DNA of 64,000 nucleotides from an uncultured Bacteroidaceae bacterium (GTDB lineage Bacteria; Bacteroidota; Bacteroidia; Bacteroidales; GCA-2748055): NCBI GenBank assembly GCA_964526475.1, contig CAZGKF010000001.1, positions 12,138 to 76,137 of the forward strand, read 5' to 3'. Shown piece by piece: positions 28,084 to 37,000 of this stretch (position 1 is its first letter; each line of letters starts with the position of its first letter). The notes under the pieces were generated by a model. It saw only the letters and a program-made list of their open reading frames with translations, ran no database searches and was not told where the DNA came from. The position numbers and the translations under genes were made by a program.

Positions 28084-31000
28084 ATGTTAGGAAAAAAACA
28101 TATTTCCAGTACAAAATATTCATTTTTAAGTGAATGCCCTTCCTTTTTTACTCATTTAATCGCATTAACTTGTGTTTTTTTCCTTTTTTCTCAAAATACT
28201 CTTAATGCTCAAAAAATCACAAAAGATAATTATTCCGGATATTTCACAGATAACAACTCCTGGCAAAATCCTCCTGCGCCCAACCTTGCTATTCATGAGG
28301 TGGTCATTTACGGTAATATCCAACATATAGGCGATATTTCTTTTCAAAGGAATCTGACCATACATGACACTCTAAGGATTTTTGGAAATGTAGAGTTAGG
28401 GAATAACTGTGATCTCACCGTCAGCCCGGGGGGTATTTTTATTGTTTATGGCAACTACCTTTCGAAAAACATGGTTGATGTACTTGCCGAAGGCTACCTC
28501 ATCGTTACAGGTACATTTAAACAAGAGGGGGCCGACGGATTTGGGAGTTTTGATATTAACGGGGGCAATGTTTTTATTTTCGATCCGAATCCTGATGTCA
28601 AAGAGGGACTTAATTATGAAGACCTTCAATGTAATCCTGACTGCCTTTATGGTAACGAAGAAGATTTGCAAAATGACCCAATATGGCAATTTTTCGAATC
28701 CGGTTCATATAGTATCTCTGCATCGGGGCCAACAGAGTTTTGTGATGGGGATTCCGTAACCCTGTCGGTAACCGATGATGGCTCCTGGTATCAATGGTAC
28801 AGGGATGATACTGAGATTCCCGGAGCTGACTCATTTTCCTATGTTGCTTATGAATCCGGGGCCTACCACATAAGAATGCTGGTCGGATCAGACACCCTTA
28901 GTCTTACCCCTGTAACCGTAAATGTAAAAACCAACAGTATTTCTCCCGTTTCTGCATCTGTTGACCGCGATAATGTATGTCCGGGAGATGGGAATATAGT
29001 ATTATCCTATACCGGAGGAAGTCTGGGAACGGGCGCAATTGCACAATGGTACTCCGATGCAGGATTTTCAATAAATGTGGGTTCCGGCAACGACCTTGTA
29101 CTTGCAACCCCTTTGACCACAACAACCTATTATGTAAGATTTGAAGGCGATTGCGATACAACCACAACAGCATCGGTAATATTAACCGTGCTTCCCGCCT
29201 CTCCGGTCCCGACGATAAGTCTTAATCCTATATCGCCTATACCAGCCTCAGCCAACAGTACTAATCTTGGATACTCAGCTGTTACAGGGAGTCCTTCGCT
29301 TTATTCCATAACCTGGAGTGGGGCAGCCATAACAGCTGGTTTCATAAATGTTACGGACGCTGCTTTTCCGGCCAGTCCCATTTTAATTAACATCCCTCCG
29401 GGAATAGAGGCTGGTCAGACATATACAGGCAACCTAATTGTAATGAATGATTGCAACACAAGTGTAGAATATCCTTTTAACATTTCAGTACTTAACAAAA
29501 TCCTTGGTATTGATCCCCATGCCACAGCAGCTTATTCATTACGGAAGCTCAGTTCAACCTATTCAGGGCCTGCGGTAAGGGTTAGGCGGAGTAGCGACAA
29601 TGCAACACAGGACATTGGTTTCAATGCAGAAGGGAATCTCGACGAGGTTGCTCTACTGGCATTTACAGGAGCAGTAAATGCCTATATTACTATATGGTAT
29701 GATCAGAGTGGAAACTCGCAGAATGCGTTGCAGGGCAATACGAATTACCAGCCACTGCTGGTTGAAAATGGAATAGTACTGAAAATTAACGGAAGGGCTA
29801 TGCTGCGTTTTGATGGTTCAAATGATTTGCTCAACTACTCAAATCCTCCAGCCAATAATTTTTCAATTTTCACACTTGCCAGGACAAGCCTGACCCATCA
29901 AATTGACCCGGAATCAAATTCAGGAACAGAGGGAACTGCCGGGCAGCTTTATCTTTTAGGAGCTCCACACGGAGGCACAAATGCAGGTCAGGGTATTTCT
30001 TTTGGCACAAACGGTATTTCCAATTATGAACACGGAGCCGGCTACATGCCGGCAACTGCCGTTTACTCAGGAAACGTGACAGGGCTGAGTCAGATAAATG
30101 TTCTATACACTAACCGGCGGGCAAGGATATACCTTGATGGTTTGCTGGTAAGAACAGGAGTATTATCGGGAAGGCCTGCTGTTACAGCATCAACTCAAAT
30201 TGGATCAGGTTCTTATGGGGCTTTTAATGGTGAAATACCGGAATTAATAATATTCCCATCATCACTATCCGATAGCGACAGGCAAACTATTGAATTTGAT
30301 CAAGGCTGCCACTATTTAATTGCAGGACTTACCCCCGGAGTTATACCCGGTATTGCAGATGATGCAACAACAGCATCCCTTCCTTATACCGAAGGGACAA
30401 ATCAGATATGGACATATAGTATTACATGGGATGCCAATGCCATAGCTGCAGGATTCAACAATATTGCAAACGAAACTCTCCCCGTTAGTCCGGTTACTAT
30501 TACAGTACCTTCCGGCTTATCCGAATCAGATGTTTTTTCCGGTACGTTTAGCGCAATAAATGCATGTGGAAGCAGCATACCAGACCATCCTATAACCATT
30601 CGTGTCCTGAACAGAATTCTGGGGAATGACATCTATGCAACAACAGCCTTTTCTGTCCGAAGAATAGCGCCAGCATATTCCGGTCCTGCCATGCGACTTA
30701 CAAGAACCAGTGATGGAGAATTCAGGGATGTTTATTTTGATTCCGGGGAAACCGTTTCTTTAAATTCCCCTGTTTCCGTTGCAGGCGGAGGAACTTCAAC
30801 AGCATTAACCCTTAGCGGTTGGATAGGGGGAAGTTCCGCAACCGTGAGAATATGGTATGACCAGAGTGGTAATGCAAAGCATGCCAATCAGTCAAATATT
30901 GCTGCACAGCCACTTATAGCTAATAACGGGGAACTTGTTTTGATTAACACCAGGCCGATGATTCAGTTTGACGGTGTTAATGATATAGTATCCTACAGCA

Positions 31001-34000
31001 ATCCACCTGAGAATAATTTCTCATTATTTACCATTGCCCGAACAACCAATACACATGAGATTGATCCGCAATCAAGCAGTGGTACAGGAGGAACAAATAA
31101 CCAGAGATATTTAATGGGTGCTGCCAACAGGGGTGACAATGCAGGCCAGGGAATATCCCTTGGAACCAACGGTATTTCAAATTATGAACATGGAAATTCC
31201 TATATGCCAGCAACAGCTGTTTATACAGGATCTGTTACCGGCCTTAATCTGGTTGACATACTTTATAATAGCCGAAGGCCATATATCTATCTGAACGGAA
31301 ATCTTGTGAGAACCGGAATTGTTTCACCTAAGGCAACTGTATATGCTTCCTATCAAATAGGGGGTATGAATTATGGTTATTTCAATGGCAGCATCCCTGA
31401 AATTATTGTTTTCCCCTATGCCGTTTCTTCGACTGAAAGACAGCAAATTGAATGCAACCAGATTGAATACTACTCTATCCTTGGTCCTTCAACTGCTTCC
31501 ATTGATACAAATAATATATGTCCCGGCGATGGGAATATAACCCTTTCCTATTCCGGAGGAAATTTACGTGCCGGCGCCACTGCTGAGTGGTATAGCGACT
31601 CTGCACTAACAGTAAATGTTGGTTCAGGGAACAATCTTACTATTCCCGCTCCAATAAACAATTCAGAGTACTTTGTGAGATTCGAAGGCATTTGTAATAC
31701 TTCATTACCGGTGAGTACAAATATTACGGTTAAGGAATTGCCCGTTGAACCTGACACGGCTATAGTCGATCGTTCGTCCATCTGTCCTTCCGATGGCAAT
31801 ATTCTTCTTTCCTTTTCAGGTGGTTCATCCGGAACAGGTGGAATAGCAAAATGGTACACAGATGCAGCCTTTACAAATCTTGTGGGTACAGATAATGATA
31901 TAAGTCTACCTGCACCAGCTGCAACACAGACCTACTACATCAGATACGAAGCCGATTGCGGAAATAGTCCGTCAGATAGCGTCACTGTTATTGTTAATCC
32001 ATTACCTGTTGTTACACTTGATTCATTAAGCCCTGTCTGTCTTAACACAGCCAGCTTTGCCCTAAATGGGGGGAATCCCATTGGTGGAAACTATTCCGGA
32101 ACCGGAGTATCGGGTGGCAACTTCGTCCCTGCCACAGCCGGAGCAGGTACGCATTCCATTACATATACCTACACCGATGCAAACGGCTGTACCAACTCGG
32201 CTACCAGGGATATTATGGTAAATACAGTGCCAACAGTAACCTTCGATGCCGTATCACCAGTCTGTGTCGATGCACCTGCATTTGACCTTGCCCAGGGTGC
32301 TCCCGCAGGAGGGACATACTCCGGAACAGGGATCACCGCAAGCCCGCAGTTCGACCCTGCCACAGCCGGAGCCGGAACACATACCATCACCTATACCTAC
32401 ACCGATGCCAACGGCTGTGACAATTCGGCTGACAGGGATATTACCGTACATTCATTACCGGTAGTTAGCTTTTCCGGTCTGGATCCTTTTTTTCCAATAA
32501 CAGATCCCTCTACCACATTATCAGGGGATCCTGCCGGCGGAACCTTTTCCGGACCGGGAATCAGCGGGGATACTTTCGATCCTTCCCTTGCCGGATTAGG
32601 AATTCATGAAATTGTTTATGAATATACCGATGGGAATGGCTGTACAAATTCGGATACGCTTTATACAGAAGTACTGGATTATGATTTCATGCTGGGAGCC
32701 ATCACATTGACAGACCTGAACAACTGGTATTCCGGCGATGCTGTTTATACAACAACTGGGGCGACAGCCGACGGACAGGTTGGTTCCTGCTGGAATTACG
32801 GTAATGATCATACACGCTGGTTTAAATTTCAGGCTACCACCAATCAGATTGCGGCCACCTTTCTAACCGGCAGTTCATTTGGCACAGTTCGAAGAATTAA
32901 TGCAGCCATATGGGAATCTGATGGTACTACACAGGTTAATTGTAACCGATATATATCTGATTATGACTCGGTGGTTGTGGAATCCCCTGATTTAGTTCCC
33001 GGTAACTGGTACTATATTTCTGTAACTTCCGGCACAGGAGGATATCGTGGCACATTTTCACTGCGTGTAAATGATCAGGTTGATTACGATTATTACGAAG
33101 GAGCAATCGAACTAACTGATATTACAAACTGGGAGTCCCCTGATGCTGTTTATACAACCCGTGGAGCAACAGCCGACAAAAATGCTGCTCCCTGCTGGAA
33201 TACAAGTCCAAATTATAACAGATGGTTTAAATTCCAGGCAACCACCAATACCATCAGCATACTTGTGCGCCGGGGAGGTGCATATGGCACTATTAGACGC
33301 ATTAACGCAGCAATCTGGGAAGCTGATGGGACAAGCATGGTAAGCTGTAACCGCTATATTGGGAATAATGATAGTGTTTACGTTGAATCTGTTAATCTGA
33401 CTCCGGGAAACTGGTATTATATTTCAGTTGATAATAATTATTCCGGTTACCGTGGCACATTTTCTTTAAGAGTTGATACCAGGGTTACTTACGATTATAT
33501 TGAAGGTGCATATGAGCTTCAGGATTTAAATAACTGGTGTTCAACCGATGCCATTTTCTCAACCTATGGAGCTACTCCCGATCTGAATCCAGGCAGCTGC
33601 TGGAATACTTCCCCAAATTATAACAGATGGTTCAAATTTGTAGCAACTACTCATAGAGTAAATGTGGATATTAAAAGAGGAGGGACACTCGGTACAATAC
33701 GGCGAATAAATGTTGTTATCTGGGAAAGTGACGGCACCACACAGATAAGCTGTAATCGTTATGTCAGTGACAATGACAATGTATCAGTGGGCACCGATCA
33801 GCTCATTCCCGGAAACACCTATTATATCTCTGTTGATAATAATTATTCAGGTTACAGGGGAAGTTTTACCCTTTGTATAGATAATCAGATGGACTATGAT
33901 TACCTGGAAGGGGCAAAAGATATCACAACACTGATCAATTCTTGTTCCAATAATGCAGAATATACCACTATTGGAGCTACTCCTGACAGGACCGCTCCAC

Positions 34001-37000
34001 CCTGCTGGAATACTTCACCAAATTATAACAGGTGGTTCAAGTTCATGGCTACAACCCAATCAATTAATGTTCAATTAAAAAGAGGTGGTGTATTCGGCAC
34101 CCTTAGGAGAGCACAAATAGCCCTGTACGATAAAGACACCACTACTGTTTTGGATTGTAATCGTTATGTAAATGATAATGATGATATTGAAGTTGCCTAT
34201 GAAGGTTTGACCCCGGGTGAATGGTATTTTATTTCTGTGGATAATAATTACAGTGGTTACAGAGGAACTTTTACCCTTTGTCTGGATGATAAGCCGAGCT
34301 ACGATTTTTATGAAGGAGCCATTGAACTGGGTATTATACACGACTGGTCTTCCGACAACGAGGCCTACACAACAATAGGTGCAACACCCGATAAAAACAC
34401 TGCATCATGCTGGAATACCGGACCGAATTATAATCGTTGGTTTAAATTTACTGCCACCACAAGTCAGATCCACATAAAAATCAGGCGTGGAGGGGTTTAC
34501 GGAACAATACGCAGAGTAAATGCAGCCATATGGGAAGCAGACGGAGAAACTGAAGTCAATTGTAAACGCTATGTTAATGATAACGACATTATTGAGGTGG
34601 AATCCATTAATCTTATTCCCGGTAATACCTATTATTTATCTGTTGACAACAACTACAGTGGTTACCGGGGTACGTTTTCATTATATATAAACGATGTGGT
34701 TGATTACGATTTTTATGAGGGAGCCAGAGACGTAAGCCATCTTATAAATTCACAGTCCAGTGATCAGGAATATACCACCATTGGAGCAACATCCGATAAA
34801 AATCCCGGATCATGCTGGAATACAAGCCCAAACTATAACCGCTGGTTTAAATTCCAGGCAACAACACCCGGTATAAACATTATAGTTCTTCGGGGCGGAT
34901 CTTATGGAACAATACGCAGGGTAAATGTCGCTCTTTTTGACGCCGACGGAACCACTGAACTCTCCTGTAACCGTTATGTAAATGATAATGATATTGTTGA
35001 ACTGGATTTCGAAGGGCTTGTTCCAGGAAACTGGTATTATTTTTCTGTAGATAATAATTATTCCGGTTATCGCGGCACATTCACCCTTGCCCTGAATGAT
35101 GCAGTAAGTTATGATTACTATGAAGGGGCTATAGAACTGACAGACATCCACAACTGGTCCTCTCCTGATGCTGCATATTCCACCCTGGGTGCCACCCCGG
35201 ATAAAAATGCTGCTTCATGTTGGAATACCGGACCCAATTATAACAGATGGTTTAAATTCACTGCTACCACACCGGTAATTAATGTTGAAGTACGCAGAGG
35301 CGGATCTTACGGTACCATCCGGCGTATAAATGCAGCTATCTGGGAAGCCGACGGAATCACCGAGGTCGCCTGTAACCGATATGTTAACGATAATGACAAT
35401 ATTTCGGTGGGGGCCAATATTTTGATTCCCGGCAATACATATTATATATCTGTCGATAATAATTATTCCGGTTACAGAGGGACTTTTTCCTTGTATATTG
35501 ACGATGCCATGGACTATGATTTTTATGAGGGCGCACACGAAATTACAGACCTTAATAACTGGGAATCAGGCTTGGCAGAGTTCACCACTCTCGGTGCTAC
35601 AGCAGACAAAAATGCAGCATCCTGCTGGAATACATCACCAAATTACAACCGCTGGTTTAAATTTCAGGCCATTTATACCGATGTTTCCATTCAGGTTTTA
35701 AGAGGAGGAGCCTATGGAAGCATCAGAAGAATAAACCTTGCTTTATGGGAATCAAACGGCACTACTGAACTTGCATGCAACCGCTATGCATCAAATGATG
35801 ATAATGTATCGGTTACATTTTCGGGTTTAATTCCCGGTAACTGGTATTACATATCTGTAGATAATAATTATAGTGGATACCGCGGTACCTTCACCCTCCA
35901 GGTAAGTAATGTTTCTGGTAATGTGTATTATGCCATAGCCGACGGAAACTGGAATACTGCAGCCACATGGTCATTGTCGGAAGGCGGACCTCCCGCAGTT
36001 TCCTCGCCGGCTAACGGAGATGTAGTGTATATAAAAGGTTTTGATGTTACGGTGAGCGGAACCGAAACTTGTGCAGAATTGAATATCGAAACAGAAAACG
36101 ATCAGACTTCCCTTACCATTGATGCCGGCACCTTAACTGTAAACGGGGAATTATCCTTTGTCAACAACGGGTACAATGTTGACGGGTTCATGTCTATTCT
36201 GAATTCAGGAAACCTCTCCGTAATTGATGATCTTGTTAAGGACCGTTCCGGTGGATCCAATACCTTTCAATTGCTGGTACAGGATAATTCCACACTTTTT
36301 GTCGGTAATGATATGAATATCTTTTCTTCAGCAGGAAGCACAATAAATAATGAATTTACTGTTTCAGGAACAGCCACTGTTCAAATTGATCAGGATCTGA
36401 TCCTTCAGAATACAGGAGGAATAAAATCAATTATTACTTTAAACAATTCAGCAGAATTAAAAGTAAAAAGAGATATCCGGCTTACCAGTTCCGCACAGGA
36501 TAAGATGGAAATAGAATTAAACAACGATTCCAGGCTATATCCCGGAAGGACAATTCAAAGAGATGCTACTCCATATGGTATTCTTGACTGTAATGATAAT
36601 TCAACTCTTGTTTTTAACAGTAGCGATTACCTCCAGATCATACCTGAAAATGCCGGTGCAGGATCAGATAATTTCAGTTATCAGAACATTGAGGTGAACA
36701 ATACACGGGTATCAGTTCCTCAACTGAGCCTTGAAGGCCCGGTGTCTGTACCGGGAACTCTTACATTAACAAATGGAGTTATTCTGACCTCTTCAGAGAA
36801 TTTATTGACAATAGAAAATACAGGATCCATTTCAGGAGGTTCAGTAAATAGTTATATTCAAGGCCCAATTGAAATTACGGGCAATACCGCTGTCACTTTC
36901 CCTGTTGGCAGGAACGGAAGATATCAGCCCATTACTGTTTCTGCTCCTTCTTTAATTTCAGATGCCTTTATTGCCGAATACTTTGATGCAAATCCAAATC

